Shown here in pieces: positions 37,575 to 49,260 of a stretch of DNA of 64,000 nt. The translations under genes were made by a program, and so were the position numbers. Source of the stretch: Bacilli bacterium. GTDB taxonomy: Bacteria; Bacillota_I; Bacilli_A; RF39; UBA660. Each line of letters begins with the position of its first letter. Position 1 is the stretch's first letter. The notes under the pieces were generated by a model. That model had not been told where the DNA came from and ran no database searches. It was given only the letters and a program-made list of their open reading frames with translations. The stretch is from NCBI GenBank assembly GCA_041655535.1, contig JBBAFH010000003.1, positions 4,081 to 68,080 on the forward strand, read 5' to 3'.

Positions 37575-39275
37575 CTAATTGTTATATTCTATAATATTTC
37601 CAAACAAACTGTGAATTTCATCATTATTTTTGTTTGATTCAGTTTGTTTGGTTAGATATTCTAACATCTTTGGAGTTTCCTCTTTATAAATGTATGTAAT
37701 TGTTTTAGATTTAAATTCTTTACGGTGAAAATTCCACTCTTCTTTGTTTAAAGCAATTATCTTATAATTATGACCAAATATTTTATTGATAAATTGTTCT
37801 ATTGCTAATATATTGTTATTAAAGGTTTTTTCCATGCTATCGCTTGAATAAACAAAAATTATGTTTTCAGCGCTTGCAGCAGGAATTTTGGCATCTAGTA
37901 AAATCGATGCGATTTTATTATAGTTTTTATCCAAAATATAATCTCTTGCTTTTTCAATTTCATTTTTTAATTTATTTAAAATTGTTTTACTCGGTTTTGA
38001 AAAAGTATTATTTACTCTTAATTTTTTCAACTTTGATAATTCTTCATCATCTTTATCAGTTATTGTTTTTTGGTTTTGACTTTTCTTTGTTTCTTCCTTA
38101 ACGTCTGGTTGCTTTTCTATTTCTGTTTCTTTTACTTTTTCTTGATTTTTTATGTTTTGTAATTCTTTTTTTTGATTTTGGTTTATTGATATTGGCTTCA
38201 CTTCATCGTTTCTTATCAGTGAAACCATTAATAATTCAAATACTAATCTCGGATTATTAAAATTTTTCATTTCATTTAAAGAATTATTTATTACTAATAT
38301 CATTTTAAACAATTCATTTGTATCGGTTTTATCAATAAACTCATTATATATTTCCCGGGAAATGTTGTTGTTTGAATATGTGGGAATATTTTTATAAATT
38401 ATAACGTTTTTTATAAATTTTATTATTTCCTCAACTAACTTAATTAAATTTTTGCCATTATTATCATAATCATCGAGAAGTAAAAAGATTTTAGATAAAT
38501 CTTTTTCAATGATACTATCTATTAATTCCCTCATTTGATTATGCGGCAAAGTTCCATTTATTTCGTTTACATCAGCTATGGTTATTTTATTTTCAGAATA
38601 AACAGATGATTGCTCTAGCATACTTATTGCATCACGCATACCACCTGACGAAAAGCGAACTATTTCTTCTAGTGCATCTTCTTCAATGCTAATCGCTTCT
38701 TTTTCACATATATATTTTAACCTTTGCGACATACTTTTTTCATCTATTCTTTTAAATTCAAATTTTTGACATCTAGAAAGTATAGTTTCAGGTATTTTAT
38801 GAGGTTCTGTTGTTGCTAAAATGAAAATAATATGCGATGGTGGTTCTTCCAATGTCTTTAATAACGCATTAAATGCACCGATTGTCAACATGTGAACTTC
38901 ATCTATTATGTAAATTTTATACTTACCAATTGACGGAACCAGTGACACTTTACTTTTTAATTCACGAATTTCATCTACTCCATTATTAGAAGCCGCATCT
39001 ATTTCTACAATATCAACACTTTGTTTTTGAATTATTTGTGTACAATTGACACATTTGTTACATGGTTCATATTCTTTTAAATTAATGCAATTAACTGTTT
39101 TAGCCAAAACCTTTGCGACACTAGTTTTTCCAGTACCTCTAGGGCCTGTAAATAAATAAGCGTGAGTAATTTTGTTGCTAGCTATTTCGTTTTTCAATAT
39201 TTTGATTATAACTTTTTGACCAACAACTTCTTCTAATGTTTGTGGTCTATATTTTCTGTATAATGATTGATACAT
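37575..39275 (-). CDS. dnaX: DNA polymerase III gamma/tau subunit
   Basis: Contains GPRGTGKTS, the zinc module CNKCVNC, DEVHML and SRCQ. Confidence 0.95.
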   Translation of the reverse strand: MYQSLYRKYRPQTLEEVVGQKVIIKILKNEIASNKITHAYLFTGPRGTGKTSVAKVLAKTVNCINLKEYEPCNKCVNCTQIIQKQSVDIVEIDAASNNGVDEIRELKSKVSLVPSIGKYKIYIIDEVHMLTIGAFNALLKTLEEPPSHIIFILATTEPHKIPETILSRCQKFEFKRIDEKSMSQRLKYICEKEAISIEEDALEEIVRFSSGGMRDAISMLEQSSVYSENKITIADVNEINGTLPHNQMRELIDSIIEKDLSKIFLLLDDYDNNGKNLIKLVEEIIKFIKNVIIYKNIPTYSNNNISREIYNEFIDKTDTNELFKMILVINNSLNEMKNFNNPRLVFELLMVSLIRNDEVKPISINQNQKKELQNIKNQEKVKETEIEKQPDVKEETKKSQNQKTITDKDDEELSKLKKLRVNNTFSKPSKTILNKLKNEIEKARDYILDKNYNKIASILLDAKIPAASAENIIFVYSSDSMEKTFNNNILAIEQFINKIFGHNYKIIALNKEEWNFHRKEFKSKTITYIYKEETPKMLEYLTKQTESNKNNDEIHSLFGNIIEYNN

Positions 39276-39326
39276 TTATCTCACCTCATTATAATATTAT
39301 ATCATTTTTACCGTTATATTTAAATG

Positions 39327-39764
39327 CTAATTCCTTTTATCTTTAAAAAACACTTTTAGCATTTCAGAAGATTCTTTTGTATATAGATTATTAATTTGTT
39401 CTGATTCTAAATTAACTTTTAATGTATCGGGGATATTGCTAAAAAAACCTGTTTTTTCAGATGAAGCAGCATAAAAAATTTTTGATATTCTTGATTGTAT
39501 TATTGCACCATAACACATTAAACAAGGTTCGAGCGTTACATATAATATACAGTCATCCAAATGCCAACTATTTAATTTTTTACATGCCTTTTCTATTGCA
39601 ATAATTTCTGCATGATTTGTAACTAATTGATTTTTTTCGCGTTTGTTATGAGCTTTTGCCAAAACAATGCCATCTTTAACAATTATTGCACCTACCGGAA
39701 CATCGTTTGATTTAAGTGATTTTTTCGCTTCTATTAGAGCTAATTTCATATATTCATTTTTCAT
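39327..39764 (-). CDS. tadA: tRNA-specific adenosine deaminase TadA
   Basis: Start is ATG at 39764 (MKNEYMKLALIEAKK). Contains HAEIIAI and PCLMCYGAI. The track ORF start at 39836 would overlap the SRP RNA. Confidence 0.9.
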   Translation of the reverse strand: MKNEYMKLALIEAKKSLKSNDVPVGAIIVKDGIVLAKAHNKREKNQLVTNHAEIIAIEKACKKLNSWHLDDCILYVTLEPCLMCYGAIIQSRISKIFYAASSEKTGFFSNIPDTLKVNLESEQINNLYTKESSEMLKVFFKDKRN

Positions 39765-39795
39765 AATACACCCCTTATATAATAACACAAAAAAA

Positions 39796-39868
39796 GACAC
39801 ACACATATAGGGAATCTTAAGGCTGCTATTTTCCAATCCTGACCTGGTTCAATTATATATGTTGTGTC
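39796..39868 (-). ncRNA. ffs: Short (4.5S-type) signal recognition particle RNA
   Basis: The reverse complement reads GACACAACATATATAATTGAACCAGGTCAGGATTGGAAAATAGCAGCCTTAAGATTCCCTATATGTGTGTGTC followed by TTTTTTT. It is a long hairpin with the conserved domain IV elements CAGGUCAGG...GGAA tetraloop...AGCAGCC. Confidence 0.7.
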
Positions 39869-39916
39869 AATTAAGATAATATAATATTTAATTTAAAAAA
39901 GCAATTTTATTTAAAA

Positions 39917-40037
39917 TGTTTCACGTGGAACATTTGGTGTTGATGTTTTGATGTTTCACGTGGAACATTTGGTGTTGATGTTTTGATGTTTCACGTGGAA
40001 CATTTGGTGTAGGGGCTTTGATGTTTCACGTGGAACA
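39917..40037. repeat. Array of four perfect parS (ParB/Spo0J-binding) sites in a 35-bp tandem repeat, plus one extra half-site
   Basis: TGTTTCACGTGGAACA occurs at 39917-39932, 39952-39967, 39987-40002 and 40022-40037. This is the exact reverse complement of the Bacillus parS consensus TGTTCCACGTGAAACA. The repeat unit is ATGTTTCACGTGGAACATTTGGTGTTGATGTTTTG. A half-site GTGGAACA lies at 40050-40057 within a 20-bp direct repeat TGGAACATTAAACTATATA x2. Confidence 0.85.
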
Positions 40038-40081
40038 TTAAACTATATAGTGGAACATTAAACTATATAAAAGAAGACATT

Positions 40082-42532
40082 TTAAATATCTTCTTTTGTT
40101 TCTTCAACAATATTTTCTTCTTCATTTATCACAATAGCGATTGAACTAACTTTTTGATCTTCTTTAAGATTGATTAATCTAACTCCTTGTGCAATTCTAC
40201 CTATCCTTGAAACTTGATTTAATGATAGTCTTATAACTGTACCAAAATTAGTTACCATTAATAAATCTTCATTTCCATCCACAAGTTTAAAAGCAATTAA
40301 ATTTCCGTTTTTTTCAGTTATGTTAAGAGCTTTAACACCTTTTGTACCACGGTGTGTTACTCTATATTCATTTATATCAGTTTTCTTGCCGTAACCCTTT
40401 TCAGTTACAATTAATACTTCTTGATCATCCGTTGCTATTTCACAACCAATACATTTGCTTTTTCCTACGTTTATACCTCTAACACCGCTAGCGGTTCTGC
40501 CCATAATTCTTATTTCTGATTCATTAAATCTAATCATTCTTCCATCAGTTGTAGCAATCATTATATCGTTATTTCCATTAGTTTTTTTAACTGATATTAA
40601 TTCATCATCTTCTTTAAGTGTTATTGCTAATTTTCCTGTTACTCTTATACTTTCAAATTCTGAAATTTTAGTTCTTTTTATTAAACCATTTTGTGTACAA
40701 AATACAACATTGTGGTCTTTATCTTCTTCAGTAACACGTAACAGAACATTAACTTTTTCATCTTTATCTAATGGTAATAGATTAATTATTGGTAAACCTT
40801 TTGATTGTCTATTAAATATTGGAATCGTATAACCTTTAATTCTATATACTTTTCCTTTATTAGTAAAGAATGTTATATAATCATGTGTTGTCATAACCAA
40901 TAAATGTTCAACAATATCTTCTTCGTTAATTGACATGCCTTTTATACCTACTCCACCTCTATTTTGAGTACGATAAGTTTCACTGTTAATTCTTTTTATG
41001 TAACCTTTATCAGTTAATGTCACAACTATATCTTCAACTGGTATTAAAGACTCATCTTCTATATATTCAATTGATGTCATGTCAATGTTAGTCTTTCTGT
41101 CATCTCCATACTTAGTCTTTATTTCAAGTAACTCTTCTCTTACAATATTGAGAATTTTTTCGTTACTAGATAATATTTCTCTTAAGTTTTCAATCAAAGC
41201 CAATAATTCTTTTAATTCTGATTCTATTTTTTCTCTTTCTAAACCAGTTAATCTTCTTAATTTCATTTCTAAAATTGCTTCAGATTGTAACTGACTTAAT
41301 TGAAATTTTTGAATTAATTTTTCAATTGCTTCAGTATCAGAGTTTGCTGCTTTAATTATTCTAATAATCTCATCTATGTTATCAAGAGCAATTCCTAATC
41401 CTTCTAGTATATGTGCTCTTTTTTCTGCTTTCTCTAGATCAAATTTTGTTCTTCTAATAATTACTGCTTTTTGATGTTCAATATATTTTTCAATTATTGT
41501 TTTTAAACCAAGCAGTTTTGGTTCTCCATCTACTAAAGCCAATAAATTTATTCCATAAGAAATTTGTAAATTTGTATATTTAAATAAGTTATTCAATATA
41601 ACGTTAGCGTTAGCATCTCTTCTTACTTCTATTACTATTTTTATTCCTTTTAAATCTGTCTCGTCTCTTAAATCAGTTATACCTTCTATTACTTTTTCAC
41701 GAGCTAAATCGGCAATTTTTGTGATTAATGACGACTTATTAACTTGATATGGGATTTCTGTAATTACAATACTTTGCTTTCCGTTTTTATTTTCAACGAT
41801 TTCAGAAGATGCTCTGATGGTAATTATTCCCTTCCCGGTATCATATGCCTTTTTTATTCCACTATTACCAAGAATATGAGCGCCTGTTGGAAAATCAGGT
41901 CCTTTAATATAATCCATCAACTCAAGTGTTGTAATATCGTTATTATCGATGTATGCAACACACCCATCTATTACTTCTCTTAAATTATGAGGTGGAATAT
42001 TGGTTGCCATACCAACTGCTATTCCCATTGTACCGTTTACTAATATATTAGGAAAACGACTTGGTAAAACACTTGGTTCTTTCCTTTCACCATCATAGTT
42101 AATACCAAAATCAACAGTATCTTTGTTTATATCTCTTAACATTTCCATAGAAATTTTAGCAAGTTTTGATTCTGTATAACGCTGTGCAGCAGCCGAATAA
42201 CCATCAATAGAACCAAAGTTACCATGTCCATCAACTAAAACATAACGATAGTTAAATGGTTGAGCCATTCTAACCATAGTGTCATATACTGCTGTATCCC
42301 CGTGAGGGTGATAATGTGCTAAAACATTACCAACAGTGTTTGCACTCTTAACAAATTTCTTTTCTGGTAAGAATCCTTCTTCATACATTGTGTATAAAAT
42401 ACGTCTATGTACTGGTTTTAGACCATCACGAACATCAGGTAATGCTCTAGATACAATAACACTCATCGAATAGTCAAGAAACGATCCTTCCATCTCATCT
42501 GAAATATTAATATCTTTTAATTTTTCATCCAT
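40082..42532 (-). CDS. gyrA: DNA gyrase subunit A
   Basis: 816 aa. Contains [16 protein letters not shown], the catalytic AAQRYTE, and a C-terminal beta-pinwheel. Confidence 0.97.
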   Translation of the reverse strand: MDEKLKDINISDEMEGSFLDYSMSVIVSRALPDVRDGLKPVHRRILYTMYEEGFLPEKKFVKSANTVGNVLAHYHPHGDTAVYDTMVRMAQPFNYRYVLVDGHGNFGSIDGYSAAAQRYTESKLAKISMEMLRDINKDTVDFGINYDGERKEPSVLPSRFPNILVNGTMGIAVGMATNIPPHNLREVIDGCVAYIDNNDITTLELMDYIKGPDFPTGAHILGNSGIKKAYDTGKGIITIRASSEIVENKNGKQSIVITEIPYQVNKSSLITKIADLAREKVIEGITDLRDETDLKGIKIVIEVRRDANANVILNNLFKYTNLQISYGINLLALVDGEPKLLGLKTIIEKYIEHQKAVIIRRTKFDLEKAEKRAHILEGLGIALDNIDEIIRIIKAANSDTEAIEKLIQKFQLSQLQSEAILEMKLRRLTGLEREKIESELKELLALIENLREILSSNEKILNIVREELLEIKTKYGDDRKTNIDMTSIEYIEDESLIPVEDIVVTLTDKGYIKRINSETYRTQNRGGVGIKGMSINEEDIVEHLLVMTTHDYITFFTNKGKVYRIKGYTIPIFNRQSKGLPIINLLPLDKDEKVNVLLRVTEEDKDHNVVFCTQNGLIKRTKISEFESIRVTGKLAITLKEDDELISVKKTNGNNDIMIATTDGRMIRFNESEIRIMGRTASGVRGINVGKSKCIGCEIATDDQEVLIVTEKGYGKKTDINEYRVTHRGTKGVKALNITEKNGNLIAFKLVDGNEDLLMVTNFGTVIRLSLNQVSRIGRIAQGVRLINLKEDQKVSSIAIVINEEENIVEETKEDI

Positions 42533-42544
42533 ATTATCACTCCT

Positions 42545-45585
<3,041 letters not shown>

Positions 45586-45686
45586 TATTTCCTCTTTTCT
45601 GCTTTGGTCCCTTTTAAAATGATTTTTTCGTTTTTAATGACCCCCTATACATACATCTATATTATATCACAAATTTGACCTAAAAA

Positions 45687-45714
45687 AGTAAAAAAAAGCG
45701 TAATTAACGCTTTT
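45687..45714 (-). terminator. Rho-independent terminator after comK
   Basis: Minus strand reads AAAAGCGT-taatt-ACGCTTTT followed by TTTTAC. An extended -10 (TGTGATATAAT, minus strand) for recF follows. Confidence 0.6.
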
Positions 45715-46162
45715 ATTTGTTTTTTCTCTGTCTCAATATTGATTCAAGCCTTGAAGCTCTCAAAACTTGATTTTCAAAAGAAGAATATGAGATAGGAATT
45801 TCTAATGATGTTCCATTTTTAAAGTAAATAATAGTATTATTTTTTTCTTTCTCATAATGAGAAACTTTATTCAATGAGAACCATGAGCATTCAGACGAAC
45901 GTGCTGATCCTGTTGGAAAGAAAATTATTTCTCTACTCTCTTCAATTATTATAGGGGATTTGTATATTGTTCCACCTAAAAAGTGTTTGCTGCCCTCAAA
46001 TCTGCCTAAATAAGAACTTCCGAAATAACGACAACTATCATCAATAATTTTTGGAGTTACACGTTCTACGATAAAACTACCATCATCTTCGATAATTTTA
46101 CTTTTTTGATTATCAAGTGCAATTATTGCAATAGTTGATAAATTAATTTCATATTTTTCCAC
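45713..46162 (-). CDS. comK: Competence transcription factor ComK
   Basis: YEINLSTIAII, SCRYFGSSYLGRFEGS, IIFFPTGSARSSECSW and LEIPISYSSFENQVLRASRL align with B. subtilis ComK (SCRFFGSSYAGRKAGT, IFLFPTLSS...CGW, LPISYNSFENQVYRTAWL). The likely start is GTG at 46162, 8 nt after AGGAGG. The track start at 46171 overlaps that SD. Confidence 0.85.
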   Translation of the reverse strand: MEKYEINLSTIAIIALDNQKSKIIEDDGSFIVERVTPKIIDDSCRYFGSSYLGRFEGSKHFLGGTIYKSPIIIEESREIIFFPTGSARSSECSWFSLNKVSHYEKEKNNTIIYFKNGTSLEIPISYSSFENQVLRASRLESILRQRKNK

Positions 46163-46246
46163 TAATTTCACCTCCTACTAATATAATTCGACAAATAAAT
46201 CGAATTTCCTTCCTATCATATAATATTTTTTTTTGTTTTTGGGCAA

Positions 46247-46282
46247 TTATGTCCCAAATGGCCGAATCTATGTCTCAAATGC
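46247..46282 (-). promoter_or_regulatory. LytTR-type direct-repeat operator upstream of comK (a copy of the agrBD operator)
   Basis: Minus strand reads GCATTTGAGACAtagattcgGCCATTTGGGACATAA, which is 33/36 identical to 9161-9196 with the same order, 21-bp register and orientation relative to the downstream gene. A candidate -35 TTGCCC, 17-bp spacer and -10 TTATAT follow. Confidence 0.6.
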
Positions 46283-46291
46283 AAATATAGG

Positions 46292-46320
46292 CATAAAAAA
46301 ACAACTAAAAAAGTTGTTTC
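46292..46320 (-). terminator. Rho-independent terminator after dnaN
   Basis: Minus strand reads AAACAACT-ttttt-AGTTGTTT followed by TTTTTTA. Confidence 0.65.
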
Positions 46321-46326
46321 AGACAC

Positions 46327-47454
46327 TTAATAGGTCCTTATAGGTAAAATCAATTGTGTTAAAGAATTATCATTTATGTTTTTTATTATGATCGGTTTTA
46401 ATTCTCCATTTAATAAAATTTCTATATATTCATCTTCCATTGATTTTAATGCATCAAGCATATATTTTGAAGAAAATGAAATAATAATATTATTTTCATT
46501 ATTTTTTTCAACTATTATTTTTTCTTCCACCTTACCTATTTCAGGAATATTTGAGGAAATTGTTACATCGTTTTCCTTTAATTCCAATTTTATTGTATGT
46601 TTTTCAAATTCATTTGTTAATAAAGAAGCTCTATCAATAGAATTATAAAAGTCATTTCTTTGAACTTTCAATTTTAATGTAAAATCATTTGGTATAAGTG
46701 CAGAAGTATTGGGATATGTCCCATTTATTAAACGAGACATGAATATAATATCCGAAAATTTAAAAATAATGTTATTACTAAATATGTGTAATTCTATAAA
46801 ATCATCATCATCGGTTATTATTTTACTTAATTCCATTATATTTTTATTAGGAATGATAATATTTACCTCATTCGATAATTTTTCATCTAATTTAATTTCT
46901 TTTGAAGATAATCTATAAGAATCAGTTGCAGTACATTTTAATATATCTTCTTTTACTTGAATATTTAAACCAGTTAAATGTGGTCTTGCTTCATCATTAG
47001 ATGTTGCAAAAATAGTTTGATTAATTAAATTCTTTAAAACTCTTTTATTTAACTTAATAGGGTTTGATTGTTCTTCTAAATTTAATGTTGGAAAATCTTC
47101 TGTTTTATTACAATTTAAATAAAATGAAGATTTTGAAGTATATATGTTTATTTTATCTTCAATTACTTCTTCAATTGTTATTGTTTCATTTGGAAGCTTT
47201 CTAATTATTTCATATATATACTTACCATATACAACAATTACTCCTGTGTTAATAATTTTTGTGATTTGCTTACTAGGTATAAAAGTTTTAATTGCTATAT
47301 CATTATTAGTACTTAATAAATATAGTCCTTCATTCGTTAATTCTAATTTTATACAATTTAAGATTGGAATTAAGTTTTTACTTGATATACCTCTTATTAC
47401 ATAATTTAAGTGTTCTAGTAATATTTTTTGATTGATTTCAAAATTCATTTTCAT
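46327..47454 (-). CDS. dnaN: DNA polymerase III beta sliding clamp
   Basis: 375 aa with a three-domain clamp pattern (ATDSYRLS, LINGTYPN, LILPIRTY at the end). Located directly downstream of dnaA. Confidence 0.95.
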   Translation of the reverse strand: MKMNFEINQKILLEHLNYVIRGISSKNLIPILNCIKLELTNEGLYLLSTNNDIAIKTFIPSKQITKIINTGVIVVYGKYIYEIIRKLPNETITIEEVIEDKINIYTSKSSFYLNCNKTEDFPTLNLEEQSNPIKLNKRVLKNLINQTIFATSNDEARPHLTGLNIQVKEDILKCTATDSYRLSSKEIKLDEKLSNEVNIIIPNKNIMELSKIITDDDDFIELHIFSNNIIFKFSDIIFMSRLINGTYPNTSALIPNDFTLKLKVQRNDFYNSIDRASLLTNEFEKHTIKLELKENDVTISSNIPEIGKVEEKIIVEKNNENNIIISFSSKYMLDALKSMEDEYIEILLNGELKPIIIKNINDNSLTQLILPIRTY

Positions 47455-47460
47455 TCTCCT

Positions 47461-47594
47461 ATTCTTATTTTTTTAAGTAATATTATTATTATAGATGTGG
47501 ATTGTGTGGATAACTCTAATAAATACCATAATATAAAAGTAAAGCTAATAAAATTAATTGTGGAAAAATATATATTTTAAAAAGTTATTCACAA
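47461..47594. promoter_or_regulatory. oriC, dnaA-dnaN part: an AT-rich unwinding candidate plus a DnaA-box cluster
   Basis: AT-rich run at 47461-47494. Perfect DnaA box TGTGGATAA at 47505-47513. Variant boxes are TGTGGATTG (47496-47504), TGTGGAAAA (47559-47567) and TTATTCACA (47585-47593). Confidence 0.7.
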
Positions 47595-48947
47595 TTATTT
47601 TAAATCTCTAATAATTTTATTAATCTCTTTATCTAAATTTATATTATTTTTTAATTCTTTATTAATTTTATCAACTGAATGCATTACTGTAGTGTGATCT
47701 TTTCCACCAAACATAGATCCAATTTTAGCAAATGGTTCATTGTAAACAGTTCTGCAAATATACATAGCTATTTGTCTAGGAACCGCAATATTGGTAACTC
47801 TTCTTTTTCCTTTTAAATCCTCAATAGTAATATTATAAAGATTTGCTACAAGTTGTTGAACATGTTCAATATTGTTTTTAGCTGTAATACACTTACCAAA
47901 ATAATCCTTTAATGCTTCAACTGTTAAAGTTAAAGTAATGTCTGATCCACTCATCATAGCTGCATAAGCAACCACTCTTGTAATCGCCCCTTCTAATTTT
48001 CTAATATCACCAATACAGTTACTAGCAATATATTCTTTAACTTCCTGTGGGAAACTATTATTTAGTCCGTTTCCTTCTATTTTCTTTTCTATAATAGATA
48101 GTCTTAAATCAAAATCAGGTGGCATTATATCAACCATTAATCCCCAAGTAAATCTAGTTCTTAATCTATCTTCTAATTGTTTTAAATCATCTGGTGATCT
48201 ATCAGATGAAATAATTATTTGCTTATTGTTAGTATGAAGTTCATTAAATGTGTTGAAAAATTCCTGTTGTGTTTTATTTGCAACCTCTAAATATTGAATA
48301 TCATCAATCATAAGTACATCAATATCCCTATATTTTCTTTTAAAGTTTTCAACTTCATTTAAGTTATTATCATTCTTATTTTTTCTGTATAATTCTATAA
48401 AATCGTTAACAAATTGTTCACTAGTTACATATAAAACTTTTTTATTAGAATTACTTACAATGTAATTACCTATTGCATGCATTAAATGAGTTTTACCTAA
48501 ACCACTATTACTATAAATAAATAAAGGATTGTACATAATACCAGGTTTTTCTGCAACTGCTATAGCAGTTGTTTTAGCAAATCTATTGCTTTCTCCTACT
48601 ACAAAATTCTCAAATAAGTATTTTGGATTTAAATTAGAAGCAAAAGAATTTGTCGATTCTTCTTCAATGATTTCAATTTGTTCATCTTTTAGTTTTTCAA
48701 TCTCTTCTTCAGTAAAATAATCAAAAATAAAATTAGAACCTGTTACTTCATTGAATATATTTTCAATTAAAGTATTATAATTTTCTTTAAGATGTTTTTT
48801 GTGAATCAACATTGGTACTAAAACTGTGGCTTTATTTTCATGCAACGAAATTAATTTAGTATCAGCAAACCAAGCTTCATATAACATTGGTGCTAAATTA
48901 TTATTCATTTTTTTAAGAAAATTATCCCAAATATTGTTTATTTCCAT
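47595..48947 (-). CDS. dnaA: Chromosomal replication initiator DnaA
   Basis: Start is ATG at 48947 (MEINNIWDNF, SD TGAGGTG). Contains Walker A SNSGLGKTHLMHA, MIDDIQ, and the C-terminal DNA-binding motif GGKDHTTVMHS. The track start at 49058 adds a spurious extension across the DnaA boxes. Confidence 0.96.
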   Translation of the reverse strand: MEINNIWDNFLKKMNNNLAPMLYEAWFADTKLISLHENKATVLVPMLIHKKHLKENYNTLIENIFNEVTGSNFIFDYFTEEEIEKLKDEQIEIIEEESTNSFASNLNPKYLFENFVVGESNRFAKTTAIAVAEKPGIMYNPLFIYSNSGLGKTHLMHAIGNYIVSNSNKKVLYVTSEQFVNDFIELYRKNKNDNNLNEVENFKRKYRDIDVLMIDDIQYLEVANKTQQEFFNTFNELHTNNKQIIISSDRSPDDLKQLEDRLRTRFTWGLMVDIMPPDFDLRLSIIEKKIEGNGLNNSFPQEVKEYIASNCIGDIRKLEGAITRVVAYAAMMSGSDITLTLTVEALKDYFGKCITAKNNIEHVQQLVANLYNITIEDLKGKRRVTNIAVPRQIAMYICRTVYNEPFAKIGSMFGGKDHTTVMHSVDKINKELKNNINLDKEINKIIRDLK

Positions 48948-49192
48948 AAATGCGCACCTCACTTTATTAACTAAAATTATTTTACACCAAAAACACAAAA
49001 AAACCAAGTAAAATCGGCTTTTCCACAATGAAAACATCAAAAAACATTTGTTTTCCACATAATTGGGGATAACAAAAAAGAAATTAACAATTTAAATAGA
49101 AAAGTTTTCCACATAATTGGGGATAACTTAGTTCTTATAAGAAAACAAAGACTTAAAAAAAAATAGATATTAACAAAGTTGTGTGAATATTG
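48948..49192. promoter_or_regulatory. oriC, upstream-of-dnaA part: DnaA-box cluster with a duplicated composite element
   Basis: TTTTCCACA occurs at 49018-49026, 49050-49058 and 49104-49112. The 24-nt unit TTTTCCACAtaatTGGGGATAAC is duplicated at 49050-49073 and 49104-49127 (54-bp period). Each unit pairs two inverted box variants. TGTGAATAT lies at 49181-49189. Confidence 0.7.
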
Positions 49193-49221
49193 TTTGACAA
49201 ATTAACAAAACATCTATATAA
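49193..49221 (+). promoter_or_regulatory. Consensus sigma-A promoter of rpmH-rnpA
   Basis: TTGACA (49193-49198), 17-bp spacer, TATAAT (49216-49221). Confidence 0.65.
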
Positions 49222-49260
49222 TTATTAGAGCAAATGTGAATTAGTTCAGGAGGTGTAATT

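Noticed and set aside
39916-40069. The 35-bp tandem repeat as a possible mini-CRISPR array
   Set aside because: The segments between the palindromes are themselves identical from unit to unit, so there are no unique spacers. There are no cas genes nearby. The palindrome is an exact parS consensus, so a ParB-binding array is the better explanation. The GAAC...GGTG stretch was also checked against the Cheo/LexA box GAAC-N4-GTTC and does not fit.
48948-49058. N-terminal extension of dnaA in the track ORF (start at 49058). Similar extensions occur for tadA (39836), the LytTR regulator (12083), yabR (15344), yutG-like (16488), ppaC (27528), lgt (61073), trxB (61923), dut (26731), metG (26262) and tilS (21265)
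   Set aside because: The extensions encode hydrophobic or nonsense-looking leaders. They run across DnaA boxes, the SRP RNA, promoters or upstream genes. In each case an internal start with a proper SD restores the canonical N-terminus of the family.
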